From NCBI GenBank assembly GCA_024763085.1, contig JANTGE010000001.1, positions 1 to 44,396 of the forward strand: a stretch of 44,396 bases of DNA, given 5' to 3'. The notes below the pieces were generated by a model, which made no database searches, was not told where the DNA came from, and worked only from the letters and a program-made list of their open reading frames with translations. Position 1 is the stretch's first letter. The number at the start of each line of letters is the position of its first letter. This document shows positions 1 to 8,058 of the stretch, piece by piece. The position numbers and the translations under genes were made by a program. This DNA comes from Acidimicrobiia bacterium (lineage in GTDB: Bacteria; Actinomycetota; Acidimicrobiia; Spongiisociales; UBA4744).

Positions 1-910
1 GTACGCCGAGCGCGGCCACGGCGTCGTCGAGATGGCCGAGTTTGGTTGCCCCTACGATCGGAGCGACCACACCCGGACGTGACAGTAACCACGAGAGGGC
101 CACCTGCGCCGGAGGAACTCCCCGTTCGGCGGCCACCTGTTTCACCGCCGCGACGAGGTCGACGTCGGAGGGTTGGTTGTACCAGAGCCGATCCAACCCG
201 TCGCTGGCAGAGCGGGGCGTCGAAGCGTCGCCGACCTTTTCCCGGGTCCCGGCCAGCAGGCCTCGTGCCAGCGGCGACCAGGGAATCATGCCGACACCCT
301 CCTCCCGACACAACGGCGCCATCTCGCGTTCCTCTTCGCGGTAGAGGAGGTTGTAGTGGTTCTGCATCGACACGAACCTGGCCCAGCCGTTCCGTTCGGC
401 GAGCGACAAACTCCGCATGAGCTGATACGCATACATGGAGCTCGCCCCCACGTAGCGCACCTTGCCTTGCGTGACCAGGTGGTCCAGTGCCTCGAGGGTC
501 TCGTCGATGGGGGTCGTCGGATCGTAGCGATGGATCTGGTAGAGATCGATGGTCTCCACGCCCAGCCTCCGCAGGCTCGCCTCGCAGGCCTGGATGATGT
601 GTTTGCGAGACAACCCGCCCATGTTCGGTCCCTGCCCCATAGGAAAGAACACTTTGGTGGCGATGACGAGCTCCTCGCGATTGCCAAAGGTACGTAGCCA
701 CTTGCCGGTGACTTCTTCGCTCACCCCGAGCGAATACATGTCGGCGGTGTCGAAGAAGTTGATCCCGAGCTCGATAGCTCGCTGAAAGAAGGGTTTCGAC
801 GCCTCGGCGTCAAGCACCCACGGCCTCCAGGACGGCGTGCCATACGACATGCAGCCAAGAGCGATCCGGGACACCTCGAGTCCAGAAGCGCCAAGTTTCG
901 TGTATTCCAT
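1..910 (-). CDS. aldo/keto reductase family oxidoreductase (3' end cut by window edge)
   Basis: Absent from the ORF track because there is no in-window stop. Hand translation from ATG (complement of 908-910) gives MEYTKLGASGLEVSRIALGCMSYG..INFFDTADMYS..IDLYQIHRYD..KVRYVGASSMYAYQ..QNHYNLLYREEE..PWSPLARGLL, which are typical AKR (Tas/YghZ-like) blocks. The frame stays open to position 1. Confidence 0.85.
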   Translation of the reverse strand, partial: MEYTKLGASGLEVSRIALGCMSYGTPSWRPWVLDAEASKPFFQRAIELGINFFDTADMYSLGVSEEVTGKWLRTFGNREELVIATKVFFPMGQGPNMGGLSRKHIIQACEASLRRLGVETIDLYQIHRYDPTTPIDETLEALDHLVTQGKVRYVGASSMYAYQLMRSLSLAERNGWARFVSMQNHYNLLYREEEREMAPLCREEGVGMIPWSPLARGLLAGTREKVGDASTPRSASDGLDRLWYNQPSDVDLVAAVKQVAAERGVPPAQVALSWLLSRPGVVAPIVGATKLGHLDDAVAALGV

Positions 911-916
911 GATGAG

Positions 917-922
917 AGCGTA
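917..922 (-). promoter_or_regulatory. putative -10 hexamer TACGCT, 6 nt upstream of the AKR ATG (leaderless geometry)
   Basis: Minus sense reads TACGCT-CTCATC-ATG. No SD fits in the 6-nt gap. Confidence 0.35.
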
Positions 923-931
923 CCCGGGAGG

Positions 932-937
932 TAGGCT
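932..937 (+). promoter_or_regulatory. putative -10 hexamer TAGGCT, 5 nt upstream of the MBL-fold gene GTG (leaderless geometry)
   Basis: Plus strand reads TAGGCT-GCTGT-GTG(943). The only SD-like run (GGGAGG, 925-930) is 12 nt from the start, which is too far. Confidence 0.3.
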
Positions 938-942
938 GCTGT

Positions 943-2310
943 GTGGACATAGCCTTCCTCGGTGCCGCCGGAACCGTTACAGGTTCGAAATACCTGGTCA
1001 CAGACGGCTCCACCAGGGTTCTCGTCGACTGCGGCCTCTTTCAAGGCTACAAAGCGCTCCGCGAGCGCAATTGGGCACCATTCCCGGTCGACCCTTCCTC
1101 GATCGACGCCGTCGTACTCACCCACGCCCACCTCGACCACTCTGGGTACCTGCCGCGCCTGGTCAAAGAAGGATATTCGGGACCTGTCTACGCGACTCCC
1201 CCAACCGTGGACCTGGCCGGCATTCTCCTCCCCGACTCAGGCCACCTGCAGGAAGAAGACGCCGAGTACGCCAACAAGAAAGGGTTTTCGAAACATCGGC
1301 CGGCGCTCCCCTTATACACCGAGCAGGACGCCTACGATTCGCTGGCGAGTCTGGCCGCCGTCGACTTCCACCGCCCCTTCACCATCGGAGACCTCACGGT
1401 CGAGTTCATCCCGGCAGGCCACATTCTCGGCGCCGCGATGATACGGATCACCGGCGATCGCACCGTCGTTTTCTCAGGCGATGTCGGCCGACCGAACGAT
1501 CCCATCATGTATCCGCCTGAAGGGGGCCTTGGGCCGGATGTGTTGGTCTGTGAGTCGACCTACGGCAATCGGGTTCACGAACACGATGATCCCCTGGACA
1601 TCCTCGAAGGGGTCGTCTCGAAGACGGCAAATCGCGGCGGCGTGGTGCTGATTCCGGCTTTTGCGGTAGGCCGGTCGCAGGCGATCATCTATTTGCTCCA
1701 CCGACTCGTTGCCGATGGCCGGATCCCTGCGCTTCCCATCTACCTGAACAGCCCGATGGCGGTCCGAACCACGGACCTCTATCTGCGATACCACCGCTAT
1801 CACCGGCTCGACGCCGGCGACGTGCGGGCGATCGAACGCGACGTCCGGCTCGTGCAATCCGTCGAAGAGTCGAAGTCCCTCAACCATCTCGACCACCCTG
1901 CCGTGATCGTCTCCGCCTCGGGCATGCTGACCGGAGGTCGGGTGCTTCATCACCTCGCCTCCTATGGCCCGGATCCCCGATCGACGTTGCTGTTTGTCGG
2001 CTATCAAGCAGGAGGTACCCGAGGCGCGCGGATCCTCTCCGGCGAGTCTGAGGTGAAGGTGCATGGCTCATGGGTGCCGATCCGCTGCGATGTGGCGCAG
2101 ATTCACGGCCTCTCAGCCCATGCCGACGCGAACGAGCTGCTCGACTGGCTCGGGTCCTTCTCCCGATCGCCCGAGATGACCTACATCACCCATGGCGAGC
2201 CCGACGCTTCGGAAGCTCTGCGGGTTCGTGTGCAACACGAGCTCGGCTGGAAGGTCCGGGTCCCGCTGCTCGGCGATCAGGTCTCTTTGGTGAAGGCGAA
2301 CGCCCCATAG
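943..2310 (+). CDS. MBL-fold metallo-hydrolase, beta-CASP type (RNA-metabolising family)
   Basis: 455-aa ORF with GTG start. Contains HAHLDHSGYLP (HxHxDH), GDVGRP, the C-terminal SAHAD and ITHGEP motifs, and a beta-CASP length and layout. Confidence 0.85.
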   Translation: MDIAFLGAAGTVTGSKYLVTDGSTRVLVDCGLFQGYKALRERNWAPFPVDPSSIDAVVLTHAHLDHSGYLPRLVKEGYSGPVYATPPTVDLAGILLPDSGHLQEEDAEYANKKGFSKHRPALPLYTEQDAYDSLASLAAVDFHRPFTIGDLTVEFIPAGHILGAAMIRITGDRTVVFSGDVGRPNDPIMYPPEGGLGPDVLVCESTYGNRVHEHDDPLDILEGVVSKTANRGGVVLIPAFAVGRSQAIIYLLHRLVADGRIPALPIYLNSPMAVRTTDLYLRYHRYHRLDAGDVRAIERDVRLVQSVEESKSLNHLDHPAVIVSASGMLTGGRVLHHLASYGPDPRSTLLFVGYQAGGTRGARILSGESEVKVHGSWVPIRCDVAQIHGLSAHADANELLDWLGSFSRSPEMTYITHGEPDASEALRVRVQHELGWKVRVPLLGDQVSLVKANAP

Positions 2311-3050
2311 CCAACGACCCGGTCCGGGTCGCCGGCGGTGTCGCCGCTGTTCCGCAGATCCAGCAGTCGGCATCGGTATCCGTGACGTCTGGCGTAGAGC
2401 AACATCCCTTGGATCCCGATGACCCCGCAGGCCGAGTCGCGGTGCAGCGATGCCGGATCGAGATTCACGATGGCTCGAGCAGTTGCTTCATCGACTGCCC
2501 GGGCCTGCTCATAGGGCAGATAGTGGGACAGATCGGAGCTGATCACCACCAGCGAAGCGTCGCCGGCTTCCTCGATCGCCTGCGCCACCTCCTCCGGGGT
2601 CGCATCGCCCACCGCAAGGGGGATCACGGTTGGCGCACCGAAGAGGACCTGGAGGAATGGCAGCTGCACCTCGAGCGAGTGCTCACGCCGGTGGGGCTCA
2701 GGACTGTAGATGACGGGCGTGTGGTGAAACGGTCCACGCCCCACGGGTACGGAACCGAGCGGAGTCAGCATCGCATCGACATCCGGGTGGGCCAGGCCGG
2801 GAAACCACACATAGTGTGATGGACCGATGAGCAGAACCCGCTCAACGTTCGTGTCGGCGACCGTCGCATAAGCAGAGGCGGCGATCGGTCCGGAGTACAC
2901 GTACCCGGCATGGGGGACGATCAACGCCCTGGGCGGAGGGCCCGCAGAGGGTTGAGCTTCTGCCAGGAAGGTGCGAACCATTCCTTCGAGTTGGGCCGGG
3001 TCGGCGGGGTAGAACGTCCCCGCCACCGCGGGCGGACGGACCTGTTCCAT
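2277..3050 (-). CDS. MEMO1-family protein (AmmeMemoRadiSam system protein B family)
   Basis: The ORF 2277..3185 is trimmed to internal Met46 (MEQVRPPAVAGTFYPADP..), the family-typical N-terminus. LIVPHAGYVYSG and SSDLSHY motifs are present. Confidence 0.85.
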   Translation of the reverse strand: MEQVRPPAVAGTFYPADPAQLEGMVRTFLAEAQPSAGPPPRALIVPHAGYVYSGPIAASAYATVADTNVERVLLIGPSHYVWFPGLAHPDVDAMLTPLGSVPVGRGPFHHTPVIYSPEPHRREHSLEVQLPFLQVLFGAPTVIPLAVGDATPEEVAQAIEEAGDASLVVISSDLSHYLPYEQARAVDEATARAIVNLDPASLHRDSACGVIGIQGMLLYARRHGYRCRLLDLRNSGDTAGDPDRVVGYGAFAFTKET

Positions 3051-3061
3051 TAGTGTGGATT

Positions 3062-3691
3062 CTATCCCGTCAGGCGTTCGATGAAACGCCAGGTTGTGCG
3101 GTGCAAGGTCGAAGGACCGAGCCACCGCAGCGCCGCCATGTGCGTCGGCGCCGGATAGCCTTTGTTCAGATCGAACCCGTACCATGGAAACTCGAATGCG
3201 GAGTCGCGCATCATCCGGTCACGGGTGACCTTGGCCATCACCGAGGCGGCGGCAATCGCGGCCGACCGCCGATCACCCCCGACAATCGTCTCGGTCCGAC
3301 CGACCCCGAGGAAGTCCCACTGGCCGTCTACCAGCACGCAGTCCGGACGCAGGTCCAGTTGGGCAAGTGCCCGTCGTGCCGCCTGTTGGAGTGCGGCACT
3401 CATACCGAGCGCGTCGCACTCCTCGTTGGATGCGTGCCCGACTGCCCAATCGAGAGACCACTGCGCAACCCGCTCGAAGAGCGCTTCCCGCTCGGGTTCG
3501 TGGAGCAGTTTGGACTCTCGAAGCCCGCGCAGCGCCGGACCTTTCGGAACTACGACCACACCGACGCTCACCGGTCCAGCCCACGCGCCCCGTCCTACCT
3601 CGTCGACTCCCGCCACAAACTCGGCGCCTCCTTCCCAGCATGTGCGTTCGAAGACGGTCCCAGGCGCCTTGTTTCGCAACGATGGCCTCAT
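3062..3691 (-). CDS. rnhB: ribonuclease HII
   Basis: The C-terminal 209 aa of ORF 3062..4330 contain GVDEVGRGAWAGPV, VDGQ and DSKxL-like SKLL motifs. The ATG at 3689-3691 overlaps the upstream TGA by 1 nt (TGATG). Confidence 0.9.
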   Translation of the reverse strand: MRPSLRNKAPGTVFERTCWEGGAEFVAGVDEVGRGAWAGPVSVGVVVVPKGPALRGLRESKLLHEPEREALFERVAQWSLDWAVGHASNEECDALGMSAALQQAARRALAQLDLRPDCVLVDGQWDFLGVGRTETIVGGDRRSAAIAAASVMAKVTRDRMMRDSAFEFPWYGFDLNKGYPAPTHMAALRWLGPSTLHRTTWRFIERLTG

Positions 3692-4215
3692 CAGTTCAGC
3701 ACCGGATCGGGCGGATACGTGGCGAAGAATGCGAGGGTGCCTCGTTGCCGCCGCAGGACGTCCGACCACATGCCGGCCGGCTCGGCGAAGACATCGGCGG
3801 ACGAACCCGGGATGACGAACCAGGCCTGTTCGGCGATCTCCGCCTCGAGCTGTCCAGAGGACCAGCCGGCATAGCCGGCGTACACTCGCGCCCGTCGGGT
3901 CCCTGGATAGTCGACTGGTGGACGGCCGACATCGACCAGACCAAGATCTGGGAGTACTTCCGTTCCCGGAGGTGGGATCCCAAGAGCAAGCCCAATCGCC
4001 GTTTCCGGCTGAACCGGGCCGCCGACGTAGACGGTCGGGTCTGCCGTCTCGGCCCATGCGGGAAGGTGCTCGGCGGTCGGGACCGTGGACGGACGGTTGA
4101 GCACCACTCCGAAGGCGCCGTCGTCGTCGTGAGCACAGATCAGCACGACCGTGCGGTCGAAATTCGGGTCGACCAGAAGCGGAGTTGCCACGAGCAGGCT
4201 TCCTCGACGGAGCAT
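3691..4215 (-). CDS. YqgE/AlgH family protein (UPF0301)
   Basis: ORF 3691..4395 is trimmed to Met61 (MLRRGSLLVATPLLVDPNFDRTVVLICAHDDDGAFGVVLNRP), the family signature. SD GAGGA lies 7 nt upstream. Confidence 0.85.
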   Translation of the reverse strand: MLRRGSLLVATPLLVDPNFDRTVVLICAHDDDGAFGVVLNRPSTVPTAEHLPAWAETADPTVYVGGPVQPETAIGLALGIPPPGTEVLPDLGLVDVGRPPVDYPGTRRARVYAGYAGWSSGQLEAEIAEQAWFVIPGSSADVFAEPAGMWSDVLRRQRGTLAFFATYPPDPVLN

Positions 4216-4260
4216 GGTTCGATCCTCGCGCACCGTCGTCCGCAGGTCGAACCGACGCGC

Positions 4261-4266
4261 TAGCTT
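4261..4266 (+). promoter_or_regulatory. putative -10 hexamer TAGCTT, 7 nt upstream of the GNAT GTG
   Basis: Plus strand reads TAGCTT-CGAGATC-GTG(4274). Confidence 0.3.
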
Positions 4267-4273
4267 CGAGATC

Positions 4274-4762
4274 GTGAGAGTTCGCCGCGCCGAACAGCGG
4301 GATCTGCCGGCCATCATGCAGATCGCACACGCTGCATGGAAGACAACCCTTACGGAGCTACTCGACCGCTCGCTCGTCGACCGCTGGCTCACCACCGCCT
4401 ACTCGTCGGCTGCGCTCGCAGAACGCCTCGACGACCATCCAGTCTTTGTCGTCATCGCCGACGAACGTCCGGTAGCCTTTGCCGACGCGTTCGTCGAGGA
4501 GGATCGACTCGTGCTCTCTGCACTTTGTACCCATCCCGAGTATCGCCGACATGGCGCGGCGACGTTGCTCCTGGAACGGATTCGGTCGCTGATACCCCAC
4601 GTACCGCTTTCAGTCGACATTCTCGTCGGTAACACCGGTGCCGAGGCGTTCGCGTCTGCTGCCGGCTTCGTCCCCGGAGAGGCCATCGAAAGCCATCTGT
4701 ACGGCCGTTCCCTTCTCGAACGGAGATGGTGGCTCGGCGCCGACGAGGTCGCCAGTGTCTGA
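4274..4762 (+). CDS. GNAT family N-acetyltransferase
   Basis: ORF 4151..4762. The GNAT core (VAFADAFVEEDRLVLSALCTHPEYRRHGAATLLL) is present. The start is placed at in-frame GTG 4274 (VRVRRAEQRDLPAIMQI). The alternative ATG 4214 would add an Arg-rich 20-aa tail. Confidence 0.75.
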   Translation: MRVRRAEQRDLPAIMQIAHAAWKTTLTELLDRSLVDRWLTTAYSSAALAERLDDHPVFVVIADERPVAFADAFVEEDRLVLSALCTHPEYRRHGAATLLLERIRSLIPHVPLSVDILVGNTGAEAFASAAGFVPGEAIESHLYGRSLLERRWWLGADEVASV

Positions 4763-4769
4763 CCTTTCG

Positions 4770-5798
4770 ATGCTCCCAAAAGTCCTCCTTCATGACCACC
4801 TCGATGGCGGCCTTCGCGTCGAGACGATCATCGAACTCGCCAAGGAGACCGGCTACGACAGACTCCCGGCTTCCGACGTCGCTGAGTTGCGGGCCTGGTT
4901 CGACCAGACCGAAGCAGGTTCGCTGGAACGCTACCTCGAAGCGTTCGAGCATACGGTAGGCGTCATGCAGACGGCCGAAGCGTTGGAGCGTGTGGCCTAT
5001 GAGGCCTGCCTCGACGTTGCCGCCGACGGGGTCGTGTACGCCGAGTTTCGGTTCGCCCCCATGCAACACCTACGCCACGGACTCGACCCCGCGCGGGTCG
5101 TCGACGCGACGTTACTTGGACTGCAGCGAGGCGCCGAGGCAACAGGTCTGCACGTCGGGTTGATCCTGGACGCCATGCGGCAGCACGAGGACTCGCTGCA
5201 AGTTGCCAAACTGGCTCTAGGTTTCATGGACCGCGGCGTCGTGGGATTCGATCTCGCCGGACCCGAGATCGGCTTTCCCCCCGATCGCCATGCCGAGGCT
5301 TGCCGTTTGGCACGATCCTCCAACCTCGGGTTGACGATCCATGCCGGCGAAGCCGACGGAGCACACGCCATCTGGTTGGCGCTGCAACGCTGCTATGCCC
5401 ACCGCATCGGCCACGGCGTCCATATCGTCGACGGCTGCACCATCGAAGATGGCGAGCTGGCCACCCTGACCGACCTGGCCCGCTACGTCCGTGACTTCAG
5501 GGTGCCCCTCGAGGTGTGCCCCACCTCCAATGTGCACACGGGAGGGTGGACACCGGATTCGCATCCGCTCGGGATGCTCTACCGGGCAGGTTTCACCGTG
5601 ACGATCAACACCGACGACCGCCTCATGAGCCGGGTCACCCTTTCCGACGAATTCGAAGGCGCAGTTCAAGACCACGGATTCGACGTTCACGATCTCGGAG
5701 CGGTCACCCGCAATGCGCTCGACGCGGCGTTCGGTTCGCTACCCGTCCGCCGGGCCCTCTGGCGGGACGTCATCGCTCCGGCCTACGGTCTCGGCTAG
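4770..5798 (+). CDS. add: adenosine deaminase
   Basis: Motifs LPKVLLHDHLDGG, TIHAGE, RIGHGV, EVCPTSN and INTDD. The start is ATG 4770; alternative GTG 4755 overlaps the GNAT stop. Confidence 0.9.
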   Translation: MLPKVLLHDHLDGGLRVETIIELAKETGYDRLPASDVAELRAWFDQTEAGSLERYLEAFEHTVGVMQTAEALERVAYEACLDVAADGVVYAEFRFAPMQHLRHGLDPARVVDATLLGLQRGAEATGLHVGLILDAMRQHEDSLQVAKLALGFMDRGVVGFDLAGPEIGFPPDRHAEACRLARSSNLGLTIHAGEADGAHAIWLALQRCYAHRIGHGVHIVDGCTIEDGELATLTDLARYVRDFRVPLEVCPTSNVHTGGWTPDSHPLGMLYRAGFTVTINTDDRLMSRVTLSDEFEGAVQDHGFDVHDLGAVTRNALDAAFGSLPVRRALWRDVIAPAYGLG

Positions 5799-6572
5799 CC
5801 ACGCCACCATGTCGGCGAGCATTCGCTCACCGTCCGGTTCGTTGTGGCTCTCGTGGCGGAATCCTTCATAGACGATGCGCTTTCCGTAGGGCTCGAGCAT
5901 CGCGCTCGCCTTGGGCGGCACCAGATCGTCGGCGGCACCGTGCACGGTAAGCACGGGAACCCTGATACGGTCGAGGCGTCGCTTGATCGCTCGTTGCCGT
6001 TCCAGCGCCTCGCGCCCCAGACCCAACGACGCCTTGGTGAGCACGAGCGGGTCGGCGAAGTAGGCTTCCCCTACCGCCGGGTCCGTTGACAGTTGCTCAC
6101 CTTTGATACCGGTCGGTGCGGTGACGCCGGGAAGCAGCCCCCCGAGCCCTTTGACAAGAAGATGGAGCGCTTCGGGAGCGGTGTCCTCGAACCATGGACT
6201 GCTGACAACGGCCGCGTCCGGCTGCGAGTGGCTGCTGGTCAGATAGTCGGTGACGATGAGGCCGCCCATCGAGTGGCCATAGAGGACAACGGGCAGGTCC
6301 CCGTCCCTCAGACCATCGAGGAGAGCCTCGATCGTATCGAGCAGGTCGTCCCAGTTTCCGAGCACGCCGCGGCGACCTCCGGAGAGGCCGTGTCCGGGAA
6401 GGTCGAACGCCGTGACCGCCACCCCCTGTTCGTTGAAGTAGGCGGCGACGTGGTCATACCGTCCGCTGTGCTCGCCAAGACCATGCACGAGCAACAGTTG
6501 GGCCCACGGATCCGGCGCGTCCCACCGCCGTACGGCGAGACGGGTTCCGCCCTTCATCGTGAACTCATCCAT
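5739..6572 (-). CDS. alpha/beta hydrolase (lysophospholipase / monoacylglycerol-lipase-like)
   Basis: HGLGEHSGRY, the nucleophile elbow GHSMGG, and a C-terminal HE..H region. The start is uncertain (6593, 6572 or 6557). 6572 gives an 8-nt overlap with the gcvPB stop. Confidence 0.8.
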   Translation of the reverse strand: MDEFTMKGGTRLAVRRWDAPDPWAQLLLVHGLGEHSGRYDHVAAYFNEQGVAVTAFDLPGHGLSGGRRGVLGNWDDLLDTIEALLDGLRDGDLPVVLYGHSMGGLIVTDYLTSSHSQPDAAVVSSPWFEDTAPEALHLLVKGLGGLLPGVTAPTGIKGEQLSTDPAVGEAYFADPLVLTKASLGLGREALERQRAIKRRLDRIRVPVLTVHGAADDLVPPKASAMLEPYGKRIVYEGFRHESHNEPDGERMLADMVAWLAETVGRSDDVPPEGPADG

Positions 6573-8058
6573 GATGCATGCTCCAGGTGACATCGAGATG
6601 CCGGGCCGCTTGGGCCTCGTCAGGTCGGTGGACCGGCGTCGTGGTAGGAGCCCCGATAATGGCTTCGGGGTCTCGGTAGGCCGTCTCGGCGATCTCGTTG
6701 AGGGCAGCGGCGAAGGCTTCCAAGGTCTCCCGGGAGTGGGTTTCGGTCGGCTCGATCATCAGTGCCTCGTGGACGATGAGCGGGAAGTACATGGTGGGGG
6801 CATGGAAACCGCGGTCTGGCAGTGCCTTGGCGATATCCATCGCACGAACCCCCGTCTGCTGCTTCAACTCCTCGGCGGAGACGACGAACTCGTGCATGCA
6901 CGGGGCCGGATACGGCACCTCGTAGTGATCCGCGATGAGCGACTCCAGGTACCGTGCGTTGAGCACCGAAAGCTCGGCCACGCGCCGCAGACCCGCATCC
7001 CCGAGGGCTCGCATGTAGGTCAGTGCCCGTAGGACGACACCAAAGTTGCCATGCCGCCCGTGCACCCGTCCGATCGACTTCGCCGGCATCTCCCAGAACA
7101 GGGTTCCCTCTTCGTCTCGCATCGGAAGTGGACCGGGGAGGAACGGGGCCAGTTCCCTGGTCACCGCTACCGGACCCGACCCGGGGCCGCCGCCTCCGTG
7201 AGGTGTGGCAAACGTCTTGTGGAGGTTTGAGTGCACGATGTCGAAGCCCATGTCTCCGGGCCGTGAAACCCCGAGGATCGCGTTCATGTTCGCGCCGTCG
7301 TAGTAGAGAAGCCCACCCACCTCATGCACGGCGTCGGCGATCTCGACGATGTCCTCTTCGAACAACCCGAGAGTGTTCGGGTTGGTCAACATGAGGCCTG
7401 CCACTTGATCGTCGAGCATCGACCGCAACGCGTCGACGTCCACCATGCCGCGCTCGTTGGAAGGCACCTCCTTGACGGTGTAACCGGCAACGGCCGCCGA
7501 TGCCGGGTTGGTGCCGTGGGCCGAGTCGGGCACGATGATGGTCGTTCGCGGATCCCCGTTGGCCGTGTGATAGGCGCGAGTGATCATCATGCCGGTCAGT
7601 TCCCCGGCCGCACCGGCTGCCGGCTGGAACGTGGCTCGGTACATGCCGGTCAGCTCGCAGAGGATCCTCTCGGCGTCGACGAGTACCTCCAAGGCCCCTT
7701 GCGCGAAGTGGGCCGGCGTGTCCGGGTGCAGCGAGGTGAACTCACTCCGGGCAGCCGCCCAGTCGGCTACCTTCGGGTTGTACTTCATGGTGCATGAACC
7801 CAGAGGGTAGAAACCGAGGTCGACGCCGAAGTTTCGGTGAGCAAGGCGTGTGTAGTGCATCACCAGGTCGTATTCGGAGACTTCGGGCAGTCCGGGAAGC
7901 CTCTCGGCGAGTTCGGGAAGGTCTATGGGCGTCGCGGGCACGTCGAGTTCCGGCAGCGACCAGGCCCTCCGGCCGTCGGTCGACAGTTCGATGAGTGTGG
8001 GTTCCGGGCTTCCTCCGACGAGGGGAGCCGATGATGCCTTTCCGGCGGGTTCAGGCAT
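6565..8058 (-). CDS. gcvPB: glycine dehydrogenase (aminomethyl-transferring) subunit 2
   Basis: 497 aa. Contains the HLNLHKTF-like SNLHKTFATPHGGGGPG PLP-lysine block. Overlaps the gcvPA stop by 8 nt (ATGCCTGA). Confidence 0.95.
   Translation of the reverse strand: MPEPAGKASSAPLVGGSPEPTLIELSTDGRRAWSLPELDVPATPIDLPELAERLPGLPEVSEYDLVMHYTRLAHRNFGVDLGFYPLGSCTMKYNPKVADWAAARSEFTSLHPDTPAHFAQGALEVLVDAERILCELTGMYRATFQPAAGAAGELTGMMITRAYHTANGDPRTTIIVPDSAHGTNPASAAVAGYTVKEVPSNERGMVDVDALRSMLDDQVAGLMLTNPNTLGLFEEDIVEIADAVHEVGGLLYYDGANMNAILGVSRPGDMGFDIVHSNLHKTFATPHGGGGPGSGPVAVTRELAPFLPGPLPMRDEEGTLFWEMPAKSIGRVHGRHGNFGVVLRALTYMRALGDAGLRRVAELSVLNARYLESLIADHYEVPYPAPCMHEFVVSAEELKQQTGVRAMDIAKALPDRGFHAPTMYFPLIVHEALMIEPTETHSRETLEAFAAALNEIAETAYRDPEAIIGAPTTTPVHRPDEAQAARHLDVTWSMHHG

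Noticed and set aside
3692-4330. Upstream extension of the rnhB ORF (422-aa version). Analogous long N-terminal extensions occur in the MEMO, HD, M50, rluB, gcvH, thiolase, SBP and aroA ORFs.
   Set aside because: The extensions overlap the upstream genes in another frame and are Arg/Pro/Gly-rich. Internal starts coincide with family-typical N-termini and with SDs or 1-, 4- or 8-nt stop/start overlaps.
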